Below, piece by piece: positions 11,225 through 24,443 of a DNA stretch of 56,759 nucleotides. The translations under genes and the position numbers were made by a program. Source of the DNA: Trichinella spiralis (Eukaryota). The notes under the pieces are model-generated. The model worked only from the letters and a program-made list of their open reading frames with translations, made no database searches and was not told where the DNA came from. The stretch lies in assembly GCF_000181795.1 (NCBI RefSeq), contig NW_003526945.1, forward strand, positions 4,159,193 to 4,215,951. The letters are read 5' to 3'. Within the stretch, counting starts at the first letter, position 1; each line of letters opens with the position of its first letter.

Positions 11225-14200
11225 ATGGACAATCTCTGCTTCAACTGTTTTTTCAAATATTATCATATCTGTATGATTCTCTTCAATTTATTAATTATTC
11301 ATGGTAAGTATTGTACTGATGAAAGAATAAGTTTTCTTTTTTAAAAATGAAATACTTTTCAAAATATGCAATTTTACATAATTATACTAATGATGATAAT
11401 GGTGAGTAGAAATTTCGAGCAGTTCATTTATATTAAAAAAAAATCCTTTTACAGTAATGCATGAAGTTTGGTATCGGTAAAAGTTTTTCTATTAATTGAT
11501 TAATAATTTGAAAATTTTTATAGTTTTGTTTAATAATTATTACACAATCGGGAAAAAAATGATTATTTTGAAAAAAATAAATGAGACAAATTCATCTCTG
11601 CTATGATACTGTACTGCCCATTTGATTAATCATTGAAGAATTTAGAAAACAACAATCTTGAATACAATGGCTTATTTACAATTAGGTTAATTGAATAATT
11701 TCAATTATAAAATTAAAATTTGATCAGAAACATATGTAAAGCTTAGGTGAACAAAAGATTGATTAATAAACTTCATACGCATCATTTCACAGTTTGAAAA
11801 AGTAAACGCTGACAGGTCAGTATTTGAGCAGAAAAAAGTCAATTATTCAAATATGCATAATTTGCATTTGCATTATTTCAATGCACAGTGTAATTTAGCG
11901 AAATTGATTCATTTATGACGACGGTGTTAGAATTTATTTGCTCATTTTGCAAAATAAAATTTATTAATTATCTTTTCAGCAAGTTTCATAAAATGGCATT
12001 TAATAAATTGAACTTTTTGAAATATTAAACATCAGTAAAAAAAAGAAAGCCGAAGGTCAAGCGTCACTTCAGTTATGCACGTGAATTATCCCATATGCAT
12101 AATCGATTATTGATTGAGCATCAACAGATGATGTACATTATGAATTATGAAAAGGGAGAAGAATTGCTTGCATCAGCATAATTTCAGAGATTGATTGGCT
12201 TTCGGAAGGGGTCGAACATTGTGCCAAGTGAATGTACATGCTAAAGACGCTCAGCTTGACAAGAATGAATCAGTAAATCTGTGCACGTTCAACAATCCAA
12301 AGTAGATGCAATAATCTACCGTGGATATTGCATTCTAGTGTGTGTGTGTGTGTGTGTGCGGGAGTTGTGTTTAGATGCATTAAAAGGTCGAATTGATTTT
12401 ATCTGTCATTTACAGTAGTGCAAAATACTTTTATAATATATGCTTAATTTGGAAACAACCTATGGATATGCTGAAATAGCTGAAATGAAATTCATCAATA
12501 AACAAATAAAACACATTGTTAAAATTTTATTGAAATTTGCATTATTGAGCAACAAGAAAAATTTAGACAATTTTCAAAAGTCCAGACAAAATATCAACAA
12601 TGATAGTTTTGACTGGAATCACATCAAAACCGGTTTTACCGTATCATTGCCTCTTTGAATAGTGGTTTTTTGAACGCGTTGGCCATTTTTATCTTCGCTA
12701 ATCTGAAACCGCCTGGGCAATTTGTGTTGTATTATTTTTTCCTCTTTGCTGCTTCTTCATCGTCTTCTAGTTTATTCGCGCAGCCATTGCTTATCATTGT
12801 GTGTAAGTTTAATCAAACTGTGTTTTCCAAAGATTAAGACTGACTTTATTTAATTAAAAAAGAATAAATCGAGATTGTATTAACGAGGAGAATACTTATG
12901 TAAATTTTTTTATTTCACTTCATATTGATTTTATATTTCCTTTTATTAGAAAACACGACACTGAGAAATTGTTGAAAAGAAATCGTCCATTAAGCTATTA
13001 ATCAGAATATTAAATGGCATGTTCACTTTCATTGCTTAAATTAGATTTATTTTATGAGAAAAAAAATCAACTGAATTCGTTGACGAAAATGATTTTGCAA
13101 ATTTACCGCAATAAAAAAAATGCTAGATTCCACTTTTTCCCTTTTTGTCATTTGTGCAGCAGTTCAATTAATTGCTTTTGTCCACTAATTTGTGTCTAAT
13201 GGAATTTGCAAAAGTCAAATCAATCTTTTTACTGGCCACAAGCTGTTCATTTAAATTCTTTTGCAAATCGTTCGTGATGCAAAACAATTATCACAAATTT
13301 TTCGTGGGAATAAATGAACAGTATTGTTTTGATTTGAACAATTTTCAAAATTGCAAAACTTAACGAACCGTAATTATTGAATAATTTCCTTTTTTGATGA
13401 ACAATTTTGAATAATTTTCAGCTTATCACGTCTTTGCCGATCCGAGTGTTAAAAATGATGAACCTGGTTTTCATTCGTTGCTAAAAAGTGACATCACCGT
13501 TGCTGCCACCGAGCCAGCTTATTTGCACTGCAAAGTCGAAAATCAAGGTCTTTACCAAGTATGTATCTTTTCATTTGCATATTTGAAAATTGTTCCAAAT
13601 GTGACCTGTACTGTTATTGAGTATAAAATGAAAAGCGTTTATTTTACAGTACAGAACATCGGATAAAGGTGTAAAAATAAAGTTTTTTTTGTCATTTTAA
13701 AAATTGGCAGCATTGTCAAGCTAATTGAATAAAAGTTGAGGAGAATTGTTGAATAAAGTTTCTTCTTTTGGTGCTCTTATGTTTGTGAGCTTGAAGCGTC
13801 CGTGATTTTTCCAAGAACATCCATTCAAATGAGCATTTCTAGTGCATGCATTTAATGAGAATTCTATTCAGACTGCCTGGATTCGCCTTGCAGACAGACA
13901 AGTACTCAGCGTTGACAATGTGCTTGTGACAAACGACAATCGATTCCAAGTATCGCACAGAAAACGCAGCAACGACTGGTGTTTAATAATTAAGTAAAGA
14001 GTGGAAGAATAAAAAAGAAAGAAAGAGAAATTGTTTGATTTAAATATTTTTTCAAAGGCATACTGTAGAGAAAGATTCAGGAACGTACGAGTGCATTTTG
14101 TCCACGGATCCACCGAAGCGATTTTCAGTAAGACTCAACATTGTCGGTAGGCTGTTTTTTTTTCTTTTTGGAACTTTTCACACACATACACAGAACTTTC

Positions 14201-15007
14201 GGACAAATTTCAAATCACTTTCAGAAAATGAAATAACAATCAGCGGATCAAAAGAAGTCGACGAAGGCGATACGATTATTATAAAATGTCGGGTCAGTAA
14301 TGTTGTTCACAATGGTCATCTACCTTCGGCAGTTTGGTGGTATGCGAACAATACGATCATATCTTTCATTCAGAACGACAGTAAGCAATTCATCGCAGAT
14401 TCATTTTTGTTGTAAAATTTGAATATTTAAAAATTATGAAAAGTTTTGATGAAATTTTAATTAAAAAATTAAAAAAATTTTTTTCAGGATTCCAAAAGAG
14501 CACACAGTCTGTGGAGAATGGACTTGTCAGTGAACTTCGAATTGCTGACGCTCGTCCGTGGGATTCGGCCATTTATTCTTGCGAAGGAAACAACACCCCG
14601 AGGAGATTTATAGAAATCAATGTCAAAGGTTAGAATAAGTTTTTTTTCCAAAATGCAATTATGAACATCAAATAAAGTTTAAAAAAGTACATTCTGAAAG
14701 CAAGCAACAAGCACAACAGCAGCAACAACAAACATTTTTTGCACAATATGCAGATTTTATATGCAATTGCAAAAACATCATGGCTATTTTTGTAAATCAT
14801 TTATTGTAGGAAACGACAACACATATTCCAATCAAAATGGCATCTCCAAAACACAACCATTAAGTATGATATTTATGCGTAGGTTGAAAATTTATTTACC
14901 AATATATTTATATATGTATTTTCTCTTTTTTTGCAGGTTCCTCAGCAAATCAAAAGCAAAATTTGTATTCATTTTTAATTTTATTTGTTTTATTATTTGT
15001 TTATTAA
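11225..15007 (+). CDS. zig-8: Dpr/ZIG-8-like two-Ig-domain GPI-anchored cell-surface protein (8 exons)
   Basis: Exons 11225(or 11273)-11303, 13422-13558, 13872-13993, 14058-14146, 14225-14380, 14488-14628, 14810-14863 and 14937-15007 splice in frame with GT-AG. Signal peptide MILFNLLIIHAYHVFA. Ig1: AYLHCKV..TAWIR..DNRF..WCLIIK..DSGTYEC..STDPP (Dpr-family pattern). Ig2: IIKCRV..VWW..SELRI..DSAIYSC. C-terminus SSSANQKQNLYSFLILFVLLFVY* is a typical GPI signal. The first exon is the least certain; orthology to zig-8 is inferred from family motifs. Confidence 0.85.
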
Positions 15008-15204
15008 AAATTGATAAAATAAGTTCAGCAGAAAATACAGTGATATGAGAATTGTTCGGAATGAAGTTAATAGGAATGGGAAGTATGATTTGATCGATAA
15101 AAATGCAACCATTGGAAAATCAAGCGATATAAATTATGAAGCCAAATTATGGAATGTAGTTTTTGATTTAAAATTTAAATACAAAAAAAATAACAGTGAA
15201 TTTT

Positions 15205-16376
15205 TCAAAAACGTTCAAAGTAATTATCTTCTTCTTCTTCATCTTCATCTTCTTGCTGTTGTTCGTCACCTTCCGCGAAATAGCCGATTTTCTGAGGCCA
15301 AAGAAGGAAAAGGATCACCGAAGCGACAAGCAGAGAAGCAGCCGGCACCACAACCATAACATATTTGAAATACAAGTTGATCAGGCCGCACGTTGCTTCA
15401 CTGAAAGAAGAAGAAGAAATATTGAATGCTAAATAAATAACTTGATCAATTGTGGAACAGCAGCAAACAAATAAAGTGTGTATCACTGGCAAAGCGGTTC
15501 CAGAGCTTGGATAATTTGAACCGCAACGCCCGTTAGCAATTTGTCGAACAGGCTCATCGCACCGAAAACAAACGCGCCACTTTCCTGTGAATAATAATTG
15601 AACCAATTCGATATGTAAATTTATATTTAAATTTACAGTGCTTTTGTTGATCAAATCGGACGTGAAAGCTAGCGCGTTGATGATCAAACTTGACGACGAG
15701 ATGCCCATCAAAATTGCCACACCGTAAATTTGCATTTGCAGCTTTTCGCACCACATCCATCCGCTGGCTCCGATGCCGACAACGATTCCAATCAAAGATC
15801 CAATCTGCAAAGAAATGATGAACAATAAATTAATAATAATACTATTATTCATTTGATAATGATGATGATGATGATTAATGCATTGTTTTACTTTTCGATT
15901 GATAACACGCGTCACCATTCGAAAACTGAACAACGTAGCGGTGAAGAAGCTGCTCACGTACACAGCCAACGGTACCGTAGCGATGTTCATCTGCGCATTA
16001 ATTAGACGTTGTTGTTGTTGGGAAAAAAAAGTAAAATTTGCATACCTTGTTCATATTTTGTGTTTCCAAAATGTAAAGCGGCAAATAAGTCATCGAGATG
16101 TTGTTGCAAAGACGAATGCACATGTAGAGGATGCTGATCAGGTAGAATTGTCGATTTTGAAGCCAGTGTTTCCAAGTGACGAGAACTTTTTTCGTTGTAG
16201 AACTGACGGACGTCGACGGTTCGACCACCTCGCTTGGTAAAGCTTCGTCAATCTTCCGATATTGTGTTCTGTACAATGTCCACTTTTCCCTGACTCCAAC
16301 GTGAAAAAGCACTGAGAACAGAATCCCAGCACCGGTAATTGTCAATGCGACGTTCTGGAAAACAAACGGAACAAAC

Positions 16377-16407
<31 letters not shown>

Positions 16408-17317
16408 GATCTTTTTTTTATAGTTTTAATACAACACAGCATATGCAAATACCCTGAACCCGTCAACGTCGTGTGGAGTGACATCGCTGTGAACGGCATC
16501 TTGTCCAATGAACAAATAGACCAACGCGAGCGTTACAATATTTGCAAATACCGTGAATGCATACCCAAAATATGAATAATACTAATAATAGAAATCCATT
16601 ACCTGATTACAGAACAACATTACCTGATTCCATTTAATGCTGCCCGTTCAGCTGTGCAAGGTGTAAGCTCAGGAATCAAAGCAAGATGGCCTATTTGAAC
16701 GGAAGCCCAGCCAAATTGAAAAATAACAACAAACGGACAATAATACAACAGTTGAATCCACTCTTTTGTACCATCGTCACCGTATGTGCATCCAAAACAT
16801 TTCATGAATAGAAATACAAATGACATCGCAACACAAATAGTTCCTGAAAATGACAATAAATAAATAAATAAATGATAATGATACTTTTTTTTGTTCTTAC
16901 CAATCAAGTGTAAAAATTTACGACGTCCATATTTCAGGCAAAACAACGGCACGTTTAAACGATCCGATTCGAAACCAACTGCCGGAGTTGAAATCGCGTC
17001 CGCAATTTGGCCAATCAAAAATATACTGCCTAGATTGGAAAAGTTTTTTGAAAAGTCAAACAATTTCTGCTGCTTCAGGAGAAACCTGCAGCCGGCGCGG
17101 TGAACAGCAACGCTTTTCTGAGAAATACCAACAAAAAGCTGAACCACATGCTGGCGCAGAGGTCGTTGTAGACGTGGCCGAAGCCGAACGCCAGCCGGCG
17201 CCACAGCCTTTTCAAGCTCTTGTAGCTGGGCGGGGGCGGGGTCGGCTCGATGGTCGAGATCGCCGAGCCGGTACCCGGCGCCAGGTCGGCCCGGTCTGAA
17301 CTGCGCACCTCATTCAT
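15205..17317 (-). CDS. MFSD12: Major facilitator superfamily domain-containing protein 12-like transporter (9 exons)
   Basis: Exons 17317-17086, 17029-16901, 16843-16624, 16564-16453, 16354-16046, 15990-15892, 15804-15637, 15584-15487 and 15400-15205. MFSD12 motifs: GFGHVYNDLCASMWF, GQIADA, YGRRKFLHLIG, IFQFGWASVQIGHLALIPELT, RYAFTVFANI, ESGAFVFGAMSLFDK. One intron lacks an AG acceptor (see findings). Confidence 0.93.
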
Positions 17318-19328
17318 CGAGCTGAAAAGGAAAAAACAATTTGAACCTGCACATCAACAATTTACAAAAATCAAAATTCAAAAAAACACAACAACAACAA
17401 CAGCTACAGTAATGATGGAACAGAGTGAAAAGAGAGAAAAAGAAATAGTATTTACAAATTGCACACTTGCGAGGCGACAACGATAACGCGAAGCATTGTC
17501 GGCAGTGATCACAATTTGGCAAAAAGAATGAATAAAACAAGAAGATGTTCTCCGCTGTCGTTTTATACAAGTCGGAAATTGGCAAATATTTATTACATGA
17601 CTTCATTCAACATTCCCACTGATACTGCCTTATCGGGGACGCGATAATGATTGACTTTTAAACAAACGGATTAATTAAGATAACTTGTCGACAAGCGTAA
17701 CAAGTTGAGCATTATTAAACACAAATTATTCAAAAAACAAACAAACAAACAAACAAATGAAAATTCCACTTTTCCTTGATGCTTGAACAATTTTCATCGC
17801 AACGTCACCCGTGCGTTCAAATTTCTTTTGCATTCAGTCAACAGCCATATTCTTCGATGGTGATTTCAATTTTCAAACAATCACAATTCTTCGTACAAAA
17901 TCTGCTTGCCCATCGCGTTCATGGACAGTTTATGAAATATTGTCAAAAGTTGAAGCGATTTCAATTCTCCACTAAGCATTTGCATGAACGACGATTTGAA
18001 CAGATTTGAAATGCAACAACCTGCATGGATGTACTGTGATACTTGGTGAGCAAGCTGAATAAATGGTGTTTGCTTTGGTTGGTCTGAATCAATTTTGCAC
18101 ACACACACACACACATCGACCAGCATCAAACAACGAAACTGACTCTTGAAAAAAATAATTCCCTCAGCTTACACTTATTTCGCTGAAGTGACTATTCTCG
18201 ACAAAAGCAAAAAAACAACCAAATCACCCAATTAAAAATATTATTAACAATGCAGACAGACTGTGTGGGCGCAGTTGATTCACTTGCACTGTTCACTCGT
18301 GAGGATTTAGAAAAAACCCAATCTGCTATAGTAAGAATGCAACAATTGACAAAAAATTCAAATAAGCTCGTTTTTTAAATCAATAATTGAGAACATGGGA
18401 AATTCACTTCTCTCATACCTTTCAAATGACAAGACTAATCTCAAAAGAAAATAAACATCCAATTCAATTCAGCTTTCCAAAACAAAAAAAAATTCACATT
18501 TATCTGCACTTAAAAACACTATCATATCATCCAGATTTTATTTTCAAAAATCAATTACCTTTACACAAAAATGCTCAACTATAAACAAACAAACATGTGA
18601 CAATTATTTTTAAAAAAAATTCAATTATGATTTAAACAATCGATTGTAAGCTAAATGAATTTCATTGAATATACGAAAAAATAACTTGCAATAACATATG
18701 TTCATTCTAAGACTATGCCACATTGTTTACCCAGCTTTCTGCGACAGTGTAACAGTAAAGAGGGCATTGCACAATTACTGAATTTAGGATTACTGTAGAA
18801 AGAAAAGTAAGTTTATCCGCAGCAAATTACATATTGACAGTCATCTGCTGAATTCAACAACAATGCCGTCTGCATGCATTGGATAAACATTTTTACCACA
18901 TAATAAGAATTACATCTGCAACAAATGAATAGTGTGCAATTCTTTTTTAAAATAATTACAATTCATTTTCATATATTGCATTAACCAATTCTCCAGTTAT
19001 CTTCTACAGTGCTCATTGTTGAATTCTGGATTTTTGTACTGCATTCGTTTCTTCCACGCCAACATACACTGAATAATTTGACTTTTATTAAAAGCACATA
19101 TCACTTTAACAGATTTAATTATAAACGAAGTAAAGTAAATAAACTTGAAACCAGTACTAATCCAGTGTTATATGAGAACAAAGAAAAACAACATACACAC
19201 ACACATTCGCATACAAAAACATGAACAAACCTATTAAACAATCCAAACAAGTATATTTGAAAAACAAATAAACAATTTATCAATGCGAATATGTTATACG
19301 CAAAGTAGTAAAGACAAACACCATTTCA

Positions 19329-22300
19329 TCACTGAGCAGCGGTGACAAGGCTGCCATCTTCACGGACGTCATCACATTCGATTCTCTGTAAAATATGATA
19401 ATTTTCGTTAATTTAATGCAATAATAATAAAATATTAATAATAAAATACTCACAAATTCACCCCGCCACATTTTCAACATTTCACCACGACAAAGAGCTG
19501 AAGCGTAAGTAAAAAATAAAACACTAGGAACAATGTACAATAGTGCTGGTTGACCGTTTCCAGTGATCAACAAGATCATCAACGTCATTACCAAACCCAA
19601 TAGATAACCTGAACGATGCTCATTTTGTTAAACATCACAAAAATGACAGTAAATGAAAATTTTACCAATTGAAGACATAATGAAGTACAAGTTATATCGT
19701 ATGTTCCACGAGCGGTCAAATGCAGCATTAAAGCCAACCATAATACCTTAGAAAAGGAAAATTATTACAAAAAATAAATGAATGAAAAATAGTTTTGTAC
19801 CTGGTATTATAACATCGCCAAAACCTAAACTCGTCGGCATCAATGAATATATTCCACTAAGTTTTGCACAGCTAACTGCCAAATCAGTCAGCTGAGGTAC
19901 CACTATCATCAGAGGTAACTGCAAAAGAGAAGAGAAACTATGATGAAAATTCAATAAAATTTAAAAACCATCTCTTACCATTTCTTTAGCATTTTCAACA
20001 TTGACCACAGCACCTCTTCCTTTAGAACAACCGCCTCCGGTTACCACATCCAACATTATACTGCAACCCTAAAAGCAAACAGAATACTTGAAATAAATGA
20101 AAGGAAAAAAACAATAAATATCCACTTAGTAAACCCACATTAGTAAAATAAGGTGATATGAAGACCATAGTAACATCGTAGATAAGAAATGCTAATGAAA
20201 AAATGGTGACTGCCTATAAAACAAATCAATAATAATAATAACATGCACTGTAAAATTTCAAATAGCAATTGTTAACCTTCAACGTTGGCAATCTGACGTT
20301 GGATATAACAGAAATTAATATAGCCAAACCTAGGATATTTTGCAAAACAACAGCATACCTGACGAAAAAACTAAAAGTTATAACGAATAGAAAAAGATAA
20401 AAACACAATCACTGTACCATTGTTTTCTGAAAACAAACCAACTAATCGTCAATAGGAAGCAGAAAGAGCAGAGGAATATACGCTTCAATGGAATACTCCA
20501 ATTACGACTGTCACTTCGTTTTGTAAAAAAGTTGAATATCGCTTTCAAGAAATTCAAAGGAACTCTTAAATAAAACTGAAATTAACAAAAAACAACACTT
20601 CAAATACAACCAACTTACTCTTTATGGCAAAACAGACTATTTGGAATGGCATGTAAAAAGCAATCGTATAAGGAAACGTATGCAGAGAAAAGATAAATTG
20701 ACAAAATAAACCAAACTGAAATTATTCCATTAATATATAGTCAAATGAATTATAATGGAACACATACTTGCATAATCATATGCAAAAAATAGAAACAACA
20801 ACAAACAAACGCTCATAAACAGAGCACTGAACAATGTACGCAGGTTTGATTGGATGTTCGAAGCTTTGCTATTTTGGCTATCTTCAAAATTGTTTGCTCT
20901 CGTTGAATCCGACGCAGAAGCTCCGTTTCCGTCACTAATTTTCCTGTACGCTTCAGCTAGCCGTAGCTTCATTTTCAATCTACAATATCATTACAAATTA
21001 ACAATTCTTTTACGTCGCCGAATCAACAGGGAGGGGAGCCATCCGTTTACGCTATATCATGTTTACAGCCAGCCCAGTAGCTTCCAGCCATCAAAGCAAA
21101 CACCGCAATCACAACTAAAACTACCGGCGTAATTGCAACTGTCCAATCGACAGGCGAATAAAAGCGCAAATGGATATTTGAACTGCTTCTTGGATTTTCA
21201 GACAAATCCTAAAATTGAATATGGTAAAATTCAAAACATTGAAAAAGGAAATATGCATACCAGTATTTTTTGAAACCAATAACTGTCAATAAAATATATC
21301 GACATGTTCAAAAATCCAAACGGGATGGATGGATCAAAATAACTGAACGACTAAAAATAGCACAACCGCATAAAAAAATCCTTTCTTTTTCCTCTCTTCT
21401 TCATTTACCAAATCATCCTCAAGAAACAATGCAACATCACCATCGTGCTCATGCAAATATCTCAACCTGGATACAATACTCGCGCTATGAGGTCCGCATT
21501 CAGAGCTATTTTTAGATTCGTGTAAACCATAAACCACACAGTTCGCAAATGATGCATTTCGACTCAAAGGTTGACACCAATAATCGTCATCCATGTTCCA
21601 GAATACAAGCTTGTATGGAATCTTGAAAATAAAAAAAACAATTTCACGATAATGCAATAATTCATATTTTGCTGGTATATATCAGCCTTTGAAAAAATTT
21701 AGTTATTCATCCGTAAACACTGTCCTTAATACCAACGAGCATTTAACCAACAAGAGAAAGTCAAAAACTGTTCATCTTACTGTAAGCAAAGCACAGAATC
21801 TATTTTCGAAGCGTTTGAATTTCTTCTATCAACATTTAAGATAAAAGCTTATAAAATGGTATTGCTGAGTTCAATAAATGAGATATACGAAAATACATCT
21901 TTTAATTTTACAGTGCTGTTGCAATGAAAATAATGATGCATTACAATTGTGTAGCACAATGGAACACAATAATCAACATCAATGCATCGAGCTTTACTTG
22001 AATAAAAATGCACTATTCGCTTTAGAAAAATAACAACATATTAAAATAATAACTGCATTTCATTTTAAATAAATTCCTAAAGTATCAATAAAAGTTATGA
22101 ATTAAAATATTTAAAACTGCGCGGAAAAAAATTTCAATTATACAGCTTCACTTTTAGATGATGCCAACTTTGAACTCTCAGGTTCATGTTGAGCACAAAC
22201 ACGACAGGATCTACCGGATAATACGTTCGTTGCGTCAATAAAAACGTAAAGCTCTGAAGATTGTATTATCTAAAAGAATACCATCATCAATATGAAGAAA

Positions 22301-22370
22301 CAAGAAAAACAGCCACACATACTAACAAACTTAAACAAATGAAGTAAAAAATTTTCTTAAAACCAGCCAT
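19329..22370 (-). CDS. SPPL2: Signal peptide peptidase-like 2 (SPPL2/imp-1 type) GxGD intramembrane protease
   Basis: Start MAGFKKIFYFICLSLL|IIQSS (exons 22370-22323 and 22269-22144, joining 21621 in frame), followed by a luminal N-terminal region. Catalytic YD (FLIYDVTMVF), LGFGD and QPALLY motifs are all intact. Terminal exon RIECDDVREDGSLVTAAQ* ends at 19329. All introns are GT-AG. Confidence 0.92.
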
Positions 22371-22966
22371 ATAGATAAAGCACAGCTCAATTTCAGCTTC
22401 GTTAAAACGCTGCAACAAAATGCAAACACAACAGCCTCAGACGTAAAAGAATAAATCGTCGATAATCAGGTCAACATAGAATAGATAATCAGGAGCAAAA
22501 GTACAGTAATGCCAAGGTAAAGGTTTTAATAAAGTGGCCATTGCAGTATTATCAATTATTAAATGTATCATTCATTGTTCAAACACAATTTGCAAATGTA
22601 GTAATGATCATGTAGATATCTCTGTTGCATAAAGAGCACAATAACGGATAATCAACAATTAAAGCGCAAAAAATAAAAACAATAGAATGTGGAATTGTGA
22701 AATTCAACTGTGATAAATTTATCAAATGGATGATGGCAGCCGAAAAGCTTCAAATGAATTACGAGACACCCGTTCAAAATTACCAGAAAAAACAAGATAA
22801 ATAAAAGGTCTCATGATTTAAATAAACCTTTAACACATCATTTCAAAAACAGAACATTGCTGAATAAAATGATGCGCCTGCAACATTTCATATCCAAGCT
22901 GGCCGGTGCGCTTCTGACTAAACTAAACCAAGACCCTCAAGACTAAACCCCTCGAAGTTTCGACGA

Positions 22967-24443
22967 TGATATACAGCATAATAAACAGAAACAACAACAA
23001 AGCGATCGATTAAACTGTTTATTAGAACAAGGTAGCAACAATCATTGTTATAAACCACACTGCGGTCAACAACCAGAAATTGGATAAACTTTCTGATAAC
23101 GACGTTGCCTCATCTTACAAAGAACAAACGATATACTTCATTATTGCGCATTCGGGAGACCGCTGCATGAACAAGCCAGAGTTCAAACAACAGTATCAAA
23201 CTGGAGTACTCCAGGTAATTTTCATGCTCATTTGCAAATCCTCAACAGTCAGTCGGGAGAGACGGAAAGAAGAATGGCTGCTGTGGGATTGCCTCTCGCG
23301 GTGCTCATCAAGCAGAAATGGAGAAGAAGATTAATAACTTCTGAACTTAACTTCAACATTTTGTCGATTTCATCAAGTGTTCTTATTAGAACAGAAAAAA
23401 TGACTTTTATCTAATAAATTGTAGTTCACCGCATTTCGATCTTTAATCAGCGTTCTCTTCAAAAGATTTGATCCAACAAAGGTTGGAATGCGGAGGGCAT
23501 TTCTTGATGGATTTCGCCAATAGATATGAACCATTCTTCAAGGTACTTAGCGATGGTATCAGACTGGGTAACGCAATTTTCTTTACAGCTGTTGCCCTTA
23601 AGTCGAGATTTCGAGTCTTGCAATCTGCCGTACCAACTCGGTGAACTGCAGATTACTCGACATTTTCTCAGCAAGACGAACGGACATCGAGTTTCTGATG
23701 TCCAGCATGTTGCTGTCTTCTTCTAGGACATGGGCGTTCTGTCAGAATTCGAAAGCCATGCCAATCTCAACCGCCCTTTCTATGTCCACGCGCAGCTCTT
23801 GTAAGGTTCGCGGCTGATCCATTCATATCACGCTGAATGCTGCCTTCATCATCATACTATCGGAGAAGCGGCAAAGTAGGTGGTCTTCTAATATGTGGGC
23901 CTTCATGCCAAGTTCGGCAATTTCCATTGTGAAGTTTGAAACCTATTGTCCATCGCGTTACCACAATTAATGGAATCGAGCAGTCACGTCAGAAATAAAA
24001 TCTCTATCGTCGTCAAGCCGCAGAAGCAGGTAGCAAAATTCTGCGTAAAAATTACTCGATGACCAACCTTGGCCCATTCTTACGGTGAGACGCAATTCAG
24101 TCGAAAATGTCTTATAAAATAGCCAACCAAGACTTCGGTTCCATGTTCAGGAAAAACGTTTGAGGCTGGAGAGTACGCTTAAGCCTCGGGACTATCTTCA
24201 CGGTCGCTACAATCTGCGTTGACTTTTCGAATTCTTTTACGTTTCTTCGAAGAAATTGAGAACAATATAGAGAAATGATAACAACGGAATTAATTAAAGC
24301 GTTTACTAGAACATGGTAGCGACAACTGTTGTGATAAACCGCACTGCAGACGACAACCAACCGATCACTGCAAAGATACCCCACTGACCGTCATTGTACA
24401 CGTCAGGATATCACCGTAACCTTTCTGATCTTCAAGTATCACA
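22967..24443 (-). mobile_element. Decayed LTR retrotransposon remnant (gag relic between two LTR-like direct repeats)
   Basis: Direct repeats at 23009-23075 and 24293-24359 (54/67 identical by manual alignment). Each lies within a TG...CA-bounded segment on the minus strand (23119-22967; 24443-24257), and the left copy carries AATAAA. Between them are stop-riddled gag-like frames (FLNMEPKSWLAIL*; ARFH*LW*RDGQ*VSNFTMEIAELG..LLCRF..QPRTLQE). No pol detected. Confidence 0.7.

Noticed and set aside
18731..19016. Small spliced ORF MSTVEDNWRIDVILIMCNPKF...
   Set aside because: It needs a hand-picked 19-nt micro-exon and has no recognisable similarity, so it was not called as a CDS.
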